Shown: in pieces, positions 10,783-23,874 of the stretch
Layout: each line of letters opens with the position of its first letter
How positions within the stretch are numbered: the first letter of the stretch is position 1
Assembly (NCBI RefSeq): GCF_964204645.1
Contig: NC_134026.1
Coordinates: 28,120,150-28,184,149 of the forward strand
DNA from: Tubulanus polymorphus
Lineage: Eukaryota > Animalia > Nemertea
DNA: 64,000 nucleotides
Direction: 5' to 3'
Notes under the pieces: generated by a model
What the model was told of the DNA's origin: nothing
Database searches by the model: none
What the model saw: only the letters and a program-made list of their open reading frames with translations
Position numbers and translations under genes: made by a program

Positions 10783-13700
10783 ATGGCAACATACAGCGAC
10801 ACAGTATCGATGTCAGAAGAGTTTGAACGATGGAGGGAAATTGGAAATCGGGAAGATGTCGTCATGTTGCAGGTAACAACCACAAACAACCACCACCGTT
10901 GACTTACTTACTACACTTGTCAATGACAATGTCATGTATCTACTCCCTCTACTCTTCTCTGTCACACTGTCCAGGTTTCTCAGTGATGATAGTCCTGCTG
11001 CCCTTACTATTTATGAATACTTCTAAACATGCCCTTGGAACTTCAAAATTACATTCTCTGAAATGATATAGGCCTACCGCTTCATTTAAATCCATTACGA
11101 CATAAGTCTCTATATTATTGTCATAATTGTAGTTAAACTGCAAACTGAAGAAAATAAAGAAAACAATTTCTATTACAGGAAAGTGGTAACAATGATGGGT
11201 CAGTTTTGCTGGAATTGATTTTGGTTGGTCAGCATGAATTCAAGTTGCATTGTCCAGAAGGTTAGCACTAGAGACTTAATAACAGAAGAGTTATAGTCCT
11301 AATTCAATGATACGATGCTAAAGCCGATTTTTGATATTGAAATATTCTTATAAATTCAGGTTATCCTGAACATATTGACAATTTCTATGTGGAGTCATTT
11401 AATCCTGCTATTTCTATTTGGGCAAATATGTTTAATGAGGTAAGCTCTGCGTTGCCTTTTTTAGCACTTCATTCATAATTGTATCCTAGAAATTTTTCAA
11501 ATTTTCTTCTTATTTTCTAAAAATAGTTTTTACTTGACTGTCAGCGTCCATTGACTCTCGGTGAAGTCCTCGAAAAGTATGTAAAAAGTCTTAAAATGTC
11601 TGAGAATTCAGCGATTGATCTAGCAATGTAATATCTGCTTCAGGAATCAGTTTTCGATAGATTTCTATTCATTGAATTATTTACAGGGCTGTTAACCTTT
11701 TCAAAGCTGATCAGAAAGCACAGAAACATGAAGTAAGCGTTACATACAATTATGATGAATGCCCTATTTGAATACACACAATGGCTGAATGAATTTAATC
11801 ATTATTTGTAGGAAGAAGAAATGGAAAGTGAGAGTGATTCAGATGAAGTAAGTTGCTGATTCTTTAATAAATTATTCATTGATTTGTACCATGTTTCCAA
11901 AATGCACCATTTTGCTATATAGGATATGTGCGGTTTTGATGATGAAGAATTATATACAACAGATATGGAGTTGGTCATCGCTAGAAAGAAGGTACATGTA
12001 CAACACTTGGAGGATTATTTTGCGGCATTGTCGCCCTGATAGTTGATCGACCCCTATAGATCCTGTTGATAACATGTATAATATCAATTTCTTTTTTAAG
12101 AAACGTTGGATTGAAAAAGAAGTAAAGCTACGAGAAGAGCTTTGTAAACAAATACCGGAAAAACATGCCGGTAACTCTGAAACTGACGCTATAGGTTCGT
12201 GTGCATTTCATATTGTTCATTGATAATGGACTTTTTGTGTATAATGTTTATTGATATTTACTTGCAGGTAAAGGGACAGCTCAAAATAAACAGATATTTA
12301 CAAGTGTGGCCGCATCAGGAATACTTATCAATGATCTTGTAAAAATCATGCAAATGAAGGTAAGATTATGGCTTATAACTGCCATTGACTAATTGCAACT
12401 TGATTCTCTGTAGCAGCCAGCGACAATCATGTTTCAAAAACCCATCAACCTATGTGTCCTTGCAAATGCCACATATTCTACTTTTTGCAATGTGAAATGA
12501 AAGTCTCTCCCAGTTGCAACTGAAATACACTGCTCTTGCGAATAAGAGACTAGATGCGCTCCTATGTCCATCTTAAGATATAACTACTGTCACTTGAAAT
12601 ATGTTGTTACTGGTTCAAATTTTTTTTCACCGACTTATTTCTCATGATTCATAAAATTTTTAGGATGAAGGGGTAACTGCTGAACCAATTGATGACAATA
12701 TTTATAAATGGCTCGTCCAATTAGATAAATTCAACCCAGAAAGGTAAAGGCATGGTAAAAAAAAGTTTTATGCCTGATAGTGAATTGTTTCTGAAGTAAC
12801 GTTACTTATGGTTGTTGTATTGATTTATATTTGTAGTGATTTAGCTGCTGATTTAGAGATTATTCATGAAAAGTTTGGATATGGATATATAGAATTACAA
12901 TTGGTACTTCAATATTTTACCATTAAACTGCTGTGGATGAATTTATTGATGATGCGTGACGTAACTATTTGAATTGTTTTCAGGATTTTGCTCTTGATCT
13001 CTACCCGTTTTATCCTCCACTTGTCAAAGTTGTTCGACCCAGATTACAGGTAAGATATCGACTAAGCATCCTCTTGATGTACTGTATATTCAAACTGGCT
13101 GTATTACGCTGTAGTGTGTTTCAATTTTAGCCTAGTCTTATGCAGAGAGTGACGAGTATGGAACTACTCAAACTATCTCACTGGAACCCAGCTCGTGATA
13201 TGGCCAGTATTGTCTTTGATATAAAACAGTTAGTACAAATATGGGCCAGGTAAAACAACGTTTTCGTTTGTGGTTCCATTTAATATATGGGATGAGAAAT
13301 AAAAAACCTGAGTACTCTGTTTGTATTATTTCAGGCTTGATGTAAATAGTTTGCGTAATGATCCCATACGGTATCCAAATGGTAGTTTTGTAGATATAGA
13401 ACATTTTCTACTACGTCTTGCCTTAGTAAGTACTATGTTGGCGCACTTCAGAAGTGCTATGAAATGTTTTACTAACATTTATTCGCGATTCGTTTTCTTA
13501 GACTAGTGAAGTAAATCCAAGAGCAAATGAAAAGTACCAAATGGATGTTGATCAAATTCCGAGACCAGTAGAAGTACCTGAAAAGGTAACAGACGATGAA
13601 TAGAATAAAATTCTATGAAGTTTGAAATCATTTTGAAATCACTGCAATTTCTGTTTGGACAGGAAACTGATCAAAATAAAAGCAAGAACAAAAATGAATG

Positions 13701-16700
13701 TTGGGAGAAAGGTGTTGGTTATGGACATGGCGGACGACCAGGTATGTCCAGTCTTATTTTAAACGTTTTCCTGAAATTTCTCTTAATCTTGAAACTGATA
13801 TGATTCGCATATATGATATTATCAGGTTGGGATTACAACGCATACTTAGCGGCACAGCGAGAGAAAGATAGACAGATCGAAAATGTGTTACAACAAATTC
13901 TGCAAGAGTTGAGATTGTTATATGCAAATCACGCTCCGCAGTTGAAACCACGGCGCCATGTCACAAATCCTGATAGTTCTCAAGCTATAGATCCTGTCGA
14001 TGACATGTACAATATTCTTGAAGGTTCAGCACTTATACCATTCATTGAGGTATCTTTCATTCGAATTTCATCAGTGATAATTTCAAACCTTGCATCAAAG
14101 CACACGTTCACATATTTATGTTTTAGGTTTATATGAAAGCTGATTCATTCTTGGAGATTTGTCGTCACACTTCTGTAAGTAACTATGCATCATGGTTGTC
14201 GTTAGAATAATGCTAAATTATGCACATGTTGTCGTTCATTTTTCCTAGGTATACAAAGCACTGGTTGATATTATCAGAGAAATTGGTAAGTAATGATCAT
14301 TTAGTTGTTTTGAAATTGTTTGTATCTGAATAATTATAGCTTTGGTCTATTATTACAGCGATGCAGCCAAAACTGTTACCTCTGTTGGCGCAATTACCAG
14401 GACAAATACATTCAGTTTATCAGCTATTAGAGAATTTAGAAAGAATGGTGAGATACGACTTGTAAATATATGATGTCAAAATGTAACTGAATATATATGA
14501 CATTGTTAGAATTATCAGAGATTAATTGAAAAATTCATTATATGAATTACGCTTTTTTAAGGCGAGTGTGCTGCTACAGAGGATGTGTAAGGCTGGGAAT
14601 GGGAGTGTTCCGAAAGGTGCAAAACGTCGGTACGAAGAAGAAGAATGGGCAACATCGACAAGCGCTGCTGCTTCACTGTTACCCTGCTTACAAAACTGTT
14701 CTCAAAGACAAAGCTCTGGACCAGAATATGAACACAGCACACAAGAGGAAAAATTAGCTCGTGATTTTGTGACCCTTTTTAGAGATCTTTCTGGTAAGTT
14801 TCAAGTTTATTTTCCATGTATATGATTGAGAAAATACATAGTATACATAAATAGTTTTTTTCTCCAAAATTGTCTCCATATTTTTCATATGTTTTCAATT
14901 CGAGGTGAATTTTCAATACTGCAGATGCATTTAAACGGATAGGATTATTGAATGGAGTTGAAATGGATGAGAGTGCTGCTTCAATGGACTGTGATATAAC
15001 AACTACTCAACCTGATACTTTACCACCGCTCCCCGTACCAGATGTTCCACAACCTCAAATACAGGTAAGTTTATTTCAAATATCAAAAAAGGAACTGTAG
15101 ATACATTCCTTTTCAAGAAAACACTATCTTTGATTTCAGGAAACGACAGAGGGTTTGTACATACAACATTTAAAACAACTACAGTTTGATACGTATTCTA
15201 TGGAGCGTAAGTAAATCAAATGAATTAATTGTTTAGTCGTTTAATCCGTTCATAGCTCAGTTCATTTCTTTTTCAACAGTTGAAGGGCATAGTAAGCATC
15301 ATTTTGCCACTGAATTCAAGAATCAATACCGTATGACTCAAGCTCAGGTATTTTTATTCAAATCTGTATCAACATTCAATTATCCAATGTTTGATCTGTC
15401 AATCGATCAATATTATAATGATTTTAGATGTGTCGTATTGTTCAAGAACTCACAGCTCTTCCTTCATCCCTTCCAATTGACCTATCTTCTTCAGTGTTCT
15501 TTCGCTCTGTAAGTAGTTTGAATGTTACTGATATACTGGTATTGATTTTGGTGAATATACGTATCAATGTGATATGTATGAAAATTCATTCAATGTTTAA
15601 TGTATACGTTTTTAGGATGATGATAAAATGACATTAGTGCGAGCTCTTATAACTGGGTAATTTACATAAAGATTTTAATCACGTTGTTGATACTGTTCTT
15701 TTTTATACTGTTAATGAGACTGCATTTCTATCTCTATTAGCCCTGAAGGAACCCCTTATTCCGGAGGCTGCTTTCTATTCGACATATATTTAGATCGTTA
15801 CTACCCTGAAAGACCACCGAAAGTGAACTTTCAGGTGAGCTTGGATATCGTGTAAGCAAAAAATAAAGGTGTTAAAAGTTTATGTTATAAATGTCGTGTA
15901 TAACATGTTTTACAGACAACTGGTAATGGGACTGTTCGCTTCAACCCTAATCTCTACAAGTATGTTTAATGATAGTAAACAATATATTTGTCATTAGACA
16001 TTTTTGATTTAGTTGTTATTCCATTAATTCTCTTGAATACATTTGCTTTTGTAGCAATGGGAAAGTGTGTTTATCTTTGTTGGGAACATGGGAAGGATCA
16101 GCTGGTGAAAAATGGGACCATCGTACCTCTACTCTACTTCAGGTTCGTATCATAAATGAAATACGTGGTAATTGATCATCAAACCAGACCATGGATTGTA
16201 TTGCTTCTTATAGGTTCTAGTTTCTATCCAGTCTTTGATCTTCGTGCCGGATCCATTCTTTAATGAACCGGGGTACGAACACTCAATCGGGACTGAAAAT
16301 GGCAAGAAAGCCAGCGATGACTATAATAAAGGTAACGCAAGCTCATCTTGTTATCATCTTTGTTGAATTTGCTGTTGGGATGAAATTGTTGGTAATTTTG
16401 TCCATTTCATCCAGATGTCCAGATTAACTGTATCAAGTATGCAATGTTGGATCAACTACGACATCCTAGTCCTGGTTTTGAGGAAGTCATTCGCACACAT
16501 TTTTACTACAAAAAGGAAAAATTGTTACAGGTAAAAATAAACTGTCTATTAATGCATTCATTATCACATTTGGAGAGTTCAAATTTCTGGATGTAATGGT
16601 AATTATGTATTTTTTGTAGGACATCGAACAATGGTCGAAGATGATTGAAAAATCTGATTATATCAAAAATCTAATTTCCACACTAAAGCAGGAATTCAAC

Positions 16701-16748
16701 AAATTGAAACTACCGATTCAGAAGCCGCAGTCATCATCAGACACTTGA
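10783..16748 (+). CDS. Two-module ubiquitin-conjugating protein: RWD-like + UBE2Q-like inactive UBC + BIRC6-type C-terminus with active UBC; ~32 exons, roughly 950 aa
   Basis: Exons give [40 protein letters not shown] (UBE2Q-like), then [33 protein letters not shown] and [70 protein letters not shown] (BIRC6-type UBC). TGA at 16746-16748. Confidence 0.9.
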
Positions 16749-17561
16749 CGCAATTTACAATTAATCTTTCAAATGCTAGTAAAAATCTTCGATGTGTCGG
16801 TTGAGTTTCTTGATTTTTGCTTGAACTCTGCGATCCAAAAATTAAGCTTCACATATCTCAGAAGATATATGCGAGTCAGTTATTCATGGAAACCTGATTC
16901 AGATGAATTGAATTCATAGGTCGGGATATAGATTTGTTTAATATGTAACTGATACTAGTGACAATTTAAATCCTACTGTTTCGATCGTGTCCTATTGTGG
17001 TAAATTCGATGTTTCTTTATTCTGTCTCGTTTCTTAAAGCATTTAATGTTCAGTGAGTGCTCTGTCAAGTGAACCAATAATTTATAACAAAATTTCATTT
17101 TTTATCATGATTAAAAAAATCGGGAAATTCATAACTGTAGTTGGACAATGTAATTGTAGTGTGGCTGTATTATTACTATTATTTTGCACGTTTTTTATGT
17201 TATGTAATTTTTCTGTTGTGAGACTCCAGGTCTGGATGTTATTTTTTGTTTTCATCTCCTCATGTTCTCTCAGGCTATACATATGGGTGGGAACTACATG
17301 AACCCTCTGAAATTTGAGTTGTGTAACGATGAAATAAAAAATTTGTTTTCGTAAATCATTTGTCGTTCTTGTCTATCATTCTTTGTTCAGTTGTTCTGCG
17401 ACATCAGCTAAAATCTCTACCCGCATTAGAACTTGTAGGCATCGACCGTATTGTTTCGACTGTTTCAACCTCTTTCGATAAATAGTACGCACCGACAGGC
17501 GGCGCTTTCTTCGATTATGGTCGATTTTATTTTGGAAAAAGTGTCTCTTTATTAATGAAAA

Positions 17562-19777
17562 ATGGCCAATAGGACTGTAAAAGACGCCAATTCCGTGAAG
17601 GGAACAAATCCACAGTATCTCATAGAAAAAATTACACGCAGTAGAATATATGAATGTCGATATTGGAAGGAACAATGTTTCGCATTATCAGGTAACAGTG
17701 AACACTCTTTTTTGTAGTTTCAAAAATGTTTATGCTCCTCCTTCATTTTTATCATAATTTTTATCACGTTTTTGCGGTGGCATCATGTTTTTCTTTTTTT
17801 CAGCTGAATTGCTCGTCGATAAAGCGATGGAGCTAAAATATATCGGCGGCGTATTTGGTGGAAATATCAAACCGACACCATTTCTGTGTCTCGTATTGAA
17901 AATGTTACAGATTCAGCCGGAGAAGGATATCGTAGTCGAGTTTATTAGAAATGCAGATTTCAAGTGAGAATAAATGAGATGAAGAGTGATTTGTTCAAAT
18001 CTACAGTTGTTAAATGTACTTGCTTGTTATTATTTTACAGGTATGTGCGCGCTCTTGGAGCGTTCTATATGAGACTTGTCGGAACATCATTAGAAATTTA
18101 CAAATATCTCGAACCATTGTACAACGATTTCAGGAAACTGAAAAAACAAAATCGAGATGGAAGTAAGTTCTTCTATCCGGCACTAATCGGGATCTCGAAT
18201 CAAATTTCCGATGTAATTAGTTTTATTTTCTCTTTTTTAGGTTTTGTAGTTTGTCACATGGATGAATATATTGATGATTTATTACATGAAGAACGGAATT
18301 GTGATGTCATTTTACCGCGGATTCAGGTATCTATAGTCTGGATAACAGAGCCCGGTTTTCTAGACTGGCTATTTAGATTCTCCCCAAGGGTTAATGCCTC
18401 AACCAGGTGACAAATCACCCTTTTTAATCTTTTAGTGCCAATGAAAAATCCCTCAAATATTTCAAGTCTTTTCCTAAGCTACAATTTCGAAATGTTCTGG
18501 TGCAAGATCTCCTAGTCTTTAGCCATTGCTGGGCCTCTAGCACTCGCTTTTTGGGGGAATAATTCTGTAGTGATTGTCCTGGTCTATCAAACTGCATTAT
18601 TTACTGCATGCTAATGGTGTTTGTAGAAACGTAATGTACTAGAGGAGAATAATGAACTAGAACCTCGTGTAAGCGCGTTAGAGGAAGATATGGATGATAT
18701 GGAGGATGAAGAAGAGGATGATGAAGAGATTAATACGAGGGTAATGAATGATGATATGAAGTCTTACCCTGATTCCGGTATGGTTTATCTTGAATTGATT
18801 CTAAATGTTTTTGTTACAACAGGAAGTCGCTTCATCTAATGAGAAACAAAAAGGTCGTGATAGAGATTGGGATCGACCGAGACGTTCTGTCTCACCGGTT
18901 TATACTCGAGGCTCTTCACCACGCAGGAGGTACCTACGATTTCTAAGTTGATAATCTCCTATTATTCATATACCAGGGTCCCTCCTTCATTTCTTAAAAA
19001 AACTCCTTCAAACTGGAAAATGCTTTTAAAGGTGCTTGAAACTCTTTTATTTTGAACAGAGCACTCCTTCAATTTTGAGAAAAAGGCAATTAAAAATTCT
19101 TGTCTAGTTTGTAGTTGTACAGTAGGCTACCCCTATTTCTTACCCAGTTAGGCGGTAACCACAATCTGAGTTAAGTAGTTTAAAGGATAAGAATTTGCTT
19201 ACAAAACCACTGAATCAATGGTTTACTGAGATGAACAGTACCAATTTAGGAAGAGTCTACGGTAATTGGAATGTGAAAGTGATGCCGACGCTCCTCGAAA
19301 TTTGCTCCTTAATAACTCCTTAATATCTAGGAATGACTGATCTGTAATATGTAAACCTGTCGCGCATGTTCCGTTGTTGATTCTGGTTTATTTACAGGAG
19401 GAGCAGATCTAGAGATCGTCATAGAGACAGAGGAACCAGACGTAGTCGATCACCGCGTGAACGAAGAAAAAGATCGCGATCACCGGATAGACATCGCCAC
19501 GATGATGACAGGTAAATTGATTATTCATTTCAATTACTTTCGCCCGGATCGTGATTGCTGGATTGAGATTATCAGCTGTGACGTTAATTCTTTCAGACAC
19601 CACCATCGCAAAAGTAGCAAACACAGCCACAGAGACAAGGACAAGAAGGATAAAGATAAAAGTCATCGTTCGAGGGATAAAGGAAAGAGCAGTAAATCGG
19701 TTTCATCAGAGGATCCCGAGATCAAGGAAGCTAATGAACTTAGAGCTAAACTTGGATTAGCTCCATTAAAGTTATAA
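17562..19777 (+). CDS. PRPF38A: Pre-mRNA-splicing factor 38A (multi-exon)
   Basis: MANRTVKDANSVKGTNPQYLIEKI..YWKEQCF, KPTPFLCLVLKMLQIQPEKDIV, KYVRALGAFYMRL, RS-rich tail, C-terminal EIKEANELRAKLGLAPLK. Confidence 0.96.
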
Positions 19778-20192
19778 TAAATGCTTTTCTATCCTGTCTA
19801 GATGTATCTGTAGGTTTTCGTGCATTTGTTTATTTGTAAATATCATGTATTTTTAATGTGTGAAAATAAATATCTCGATAATGTACGTTAAAACCAGTTC
19901 GCTTCAATCGATATATCGAGAGGACATGCTGACATCTAATGGCAAAAACGAGAACTAACCAGGAAGTAATTCTGTCACCTGGTCACTGGGAGTAGCTTGA
20001 GATATCCATATGAGATATCATGAATGTGAATCTTTTCAATCATTCAAATTATTAAAAGTGGGTCTTAGTGGTTACTTCCAAAAAATTTGTCCATCGCATC
20101 CTGTAATTATGATCACTGAAATGCTCTCTAATTTGTTTTTTGATGTACTGTAGTTTTACTGCATTATTGAGAAAAATTGACAAGACACTAAT

Positions 20193-22514
20193 ATGGGTTG
20201 TGGAAAATTTGTGAGTTCTGCCGTTTCCTTTCTCTTTGAATATGACACCCCAAAAATCGTACATATCAACAGTAAGAAAGTAGGAGTTGTTAATAGGCTA
20301 ATTCAGTTAGCAGTTATTGGATATATCATTGGGTAATTAATTAAAATGTGATATATTTGGATATGGAATTGAAATATGATGTATATCTCTAAAAAATGTC
20401 AAATATTTTTAGATGGGTGATAATCATAAATCGAGGTTATCAGGCGAGTGATACTCCTATTAGCAGTACTACTACCAAACTAAAAGGTGTAGTTTATACA
20501 AATACATCGAATATGCAGCGTATATGGGATGTCGCAGATTATGTTGTTCCTCCTCAAGTGAGTTTTTATCGTTGTGTCTTTCATTATGTTCTAATTTGAT
20601 TTGTTAATTTGTATATGTATATTTTTTAGGAAAATGAAGCCTTTTTTGTGACGACAGATGCAATAATTACCAATAACCAGTCACAGACAACTTGTCCTGA
20701 GGTATTCAGTTTATTATTTTGAAGTCTTTAAAGCATCATGGTAATATTTGGTCAATAATATATTGAGTTGTTCTACATGTTTGAAAGGATTACACAATGA
20801 TTGGAGTATTATGCGACCCAGAAAATCCCCATGATGTCTGTCAACCAAACACTGCAGTTACAAATGGAAATGGTAAGCCTGTAGTATAAAAGCGCTTTGG
20901 GAATTACAAACTGTTTAGTTTTAATCAAAGTGCAAACACTCAAACATCGTACACAGGGTGATGGTATTGTCATTGTCATTACAGGAGTTAAGACTGGGAA
21001 TTGTGTAAAATCGGATGTAAATGAGACAGTGTATGTTTGTGAAATTCATGCTTGGTGTCCTGTAGAAGTCGATAAACCACCAGGGTATGAGGCAGAAATA
21101 TAATCATTATATCAGGAAAGCTGAATAAAGGATATACTGGCACCTTTTTCACTGAAGTCTGCTATAATAGTGCGTTTATTTATTTTTAGTCGCAAACCAC
21201 TATTGAATGTTTCGGACTTCACGGTGCTTATTAAGAATAATGTAGAATTCGCTAGTTTTAATGTCAAAAGGTAATTTACACTTGAAAAAAATGAACTTAT
21301 TCATCTATTAGCCGGATGGAAATGATTATTATTCCTTTATTACAGACGTAACATAATTAATGATACAAAGGATTGGCTGAAAAAATGTCATTACGATCCC
21401 AACGATGAACTACACAAATATTGCCCAATATTCAGATTAGGAGACATTGTTAGATTAGCAGGAGATGATATTACTGAAATGTCTTTGAAAGTCAGTAGAC
21501 AATAATTACTTATAGCTCTATGAGCTGTGTCTACGTAGTGATGTTAATTTTGGATTCTATATGAATTATAGGGTGGTGTTGTTGCCATTATAATCCGATG
21601 GGATTGTGATCTTGATCATGGGGAAGATGAATGTCTACCCAAGTATGAATTCAGACGTATTGATAAGAAGGACACTAAATTTGCTGGTGGTTGGAACTTC
21701 AGGTTGCTGTTTGTTACTTGTACTATTCCATTCGAGTGTATGTGTTATACTAAGTACTTAGTTCTTTTACTTTCAGATATGCAAACTATTATTTCGAAGA
21801 TGGTATCGCAAAACGAAGTTTGGTTAAAGCGTACGGCATTCGTTTCATTATATTGGTGAAAGGAACTGCATGGAAATTTAGTTTCATTCCTCTCATATTA
21901 AAAATAGGTAGCGGTCTGGCTCTGTTATCTGTGGTGAGTAGAGACTTCGCATACGTAGTTGTTCAGTCTTGTTGACTAATGCACATTTTATGAGTAATTT
22001 TCTATTTCTAGGCTACAATTATGTGTGATATATTTGTGTTGTATTGCCTGAAGAAGAGGAATTACTATCGTGAGAAGAAGTATCAGTACGTCAAGGGTGA
22101 TGATGCTTATCAGGTAAGAATCCATTGATTTCACTTATGCATTAACATCTAACCTCTCCAGAATAAACCAGGAATCGCTTCTTTGAGAATTGAATGCTTC
22201 CACATTTTAGATTTTTGATGATCACGAAAGTCAACAAATTCAACAATACGGCTCAGGAAATTAACATTTCACTGTTCACATACAGGTTTCTATTATACAT
22301 GTACAAATGGTTTCCTGCGGATATCCCCAATGGCAAAAATCCCCACCAATTTTGTCTGGTTTTATCAAAAGCTTTTGTCGATTGATTCATCAACCATTCC
22401 CAGCAACTTGATTTTCGTAACCTTTATAGCATTCATCTTTTCGTGTTTTTAATAGCATTTTCTCTTCATTAGGTGTTGGATGAGGAACCAATCAGAGACA
22501 ACAGTGTTTCATGA
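20193..22514 (+). CDS. P2X: P2X purinoceptor (ATP-gated cation channel), ~12 exons
   Basis: FEYDTPK, TM1 [33 protein letters not shown], ten ectodomain Cys, [24 protein letters not shown]2 [16 protein letters not shown]; AATAAA near 22975. Confidence 0.96.
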
Positions 22515-23193
22515 GCCAATCATCTTCAGTAATCTATATGATATCTATAATGTGATATTCTTGTATACATTCCTTATAAGCTCAGCCAGTCATATTTTTG
22601 AATATTGCTACATCCAGTCTACTGGAGCCATTGCTTACTATTTATTATAAGATAATATTGCCTCAAGAGAGATTAATTCGTACTTACGATGAAAGGCTAA
22701 ATCCATTGATTTTATGGTGTGAACTGGAACTATTGCATGATGGTAGTGAAAAAGGTGCTAAATGATATACAATGGCTTAATTTATACCACAATCTTGTTG
22801 AATGATATTATTGTTATTATCACTATTATCTTGCTCGACAGTTACCACCCGTTAAAACAATTTTAGATGAGATTGAACCAATTAATTTCACAACGTAGAA
22901 ATGGTGATCCTATACCTACACGTATGTCTCAATATTTGACACTTGTTAACTGCTGATCATAATGTACATGTATCAATAAAGTTTACACGCTTCAATTAAA
23001 TTCGATGTTGTTCTTAATCTATGCAAGTGCTGGTTGAACATGCGAGTTACGTCTTATGATTAAGATTTATTCGATAACACTTGGGATTTACGTTTTGTGA
23101 ACTGCGTTTTACATAAATATTTGGTAGTTTATGTACTACAGGTCTCGGTCGTGTAGCCCGCCAACCGCCCGACTGTCAGATCATGATCGCCAT

Positions 23194-23323
23194 GTGCTGC
23201 CCCTATACATTTCATAAGCGGTGAGTATGTGAACTAACTCGATTGCCGAATATTTCTACTGCGGCATTCGAGTAATAAATTAGTTCACGTATTTACCGTC
23301 AACGGTATGTATAGGGGCAGCAC
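23194..23323. repeat. 130-bp nested inverted repeat (small MITE or structured RNA)
   Basis: Perfect 17-bp outer arms GTGCTGCCCCTATACAT / ATGTATAGGGGCAGCAC enclosing 19-bp and 11-bp inner stems. Confidence 0.75.
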
Positions 23324-23874
23324 TTAACGGTTAAGATTTTACACGGATCATATGCCTACTACTGTGACAACTGCACTACTGTGGTATGCGAGTACATTAT
23401 ATCAAATATCATTCATCAAATACTTTGAAATGTATAATTCTATCGACGCTCAGATAATCTTATTTTCACACAAAACTTCAAACGGTTTTAATCGTTGTGT
23501 TATGCGAATGATCTATTCAGTTTCACTGGTAAACACGGCTTGTGTCTTCCGGCTTCCCGATTACCGTGAAAGGAATTGTATTCAACTGAATATATCATAT
23601 GATCATATAATGAATATCCGCAAGAAATTTAACTGATGTCTTATTTTGATAATTAATTCATTTACACAGACGAAAAAAATTACAAAATAAAGCTTTTTCA
23701 TACCAGCGAGATTTGTGGTCAACGCCAGTACAATTTTCGAAAGATAATCCATGATGTTAACAGATATCCCGTGTGGACAATATAAGCCCTTGTTATAAAC
23801 TTCTATGCCGGTACTTCCAATTCTATGTACTTTGTTCGCTTGTTTGTGTCAAATAACATACTTAGAAGCTCGTT

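Noticed and set aside
12361-12663. Longer intron of the E2 gene with a short antisense ORF and AGTCTC/GAGACT inverted motif
   Set aside because: The ~45-aa ORF has no recognisable motif and no snoRNA box pair is evident; probably repeat debris.
14050-14126. Possible U12 intron (GTATCTTT donor)
   Set aside because: One mismatch to GTATCCTT and no TCCTTAAC-like branch point near the acceptor.
10783-16748. Calling the gene BIRC6
   Set aside because: No BIR domain and far shorter than BIRC6; its N-terminal third is UBE2Q-like.
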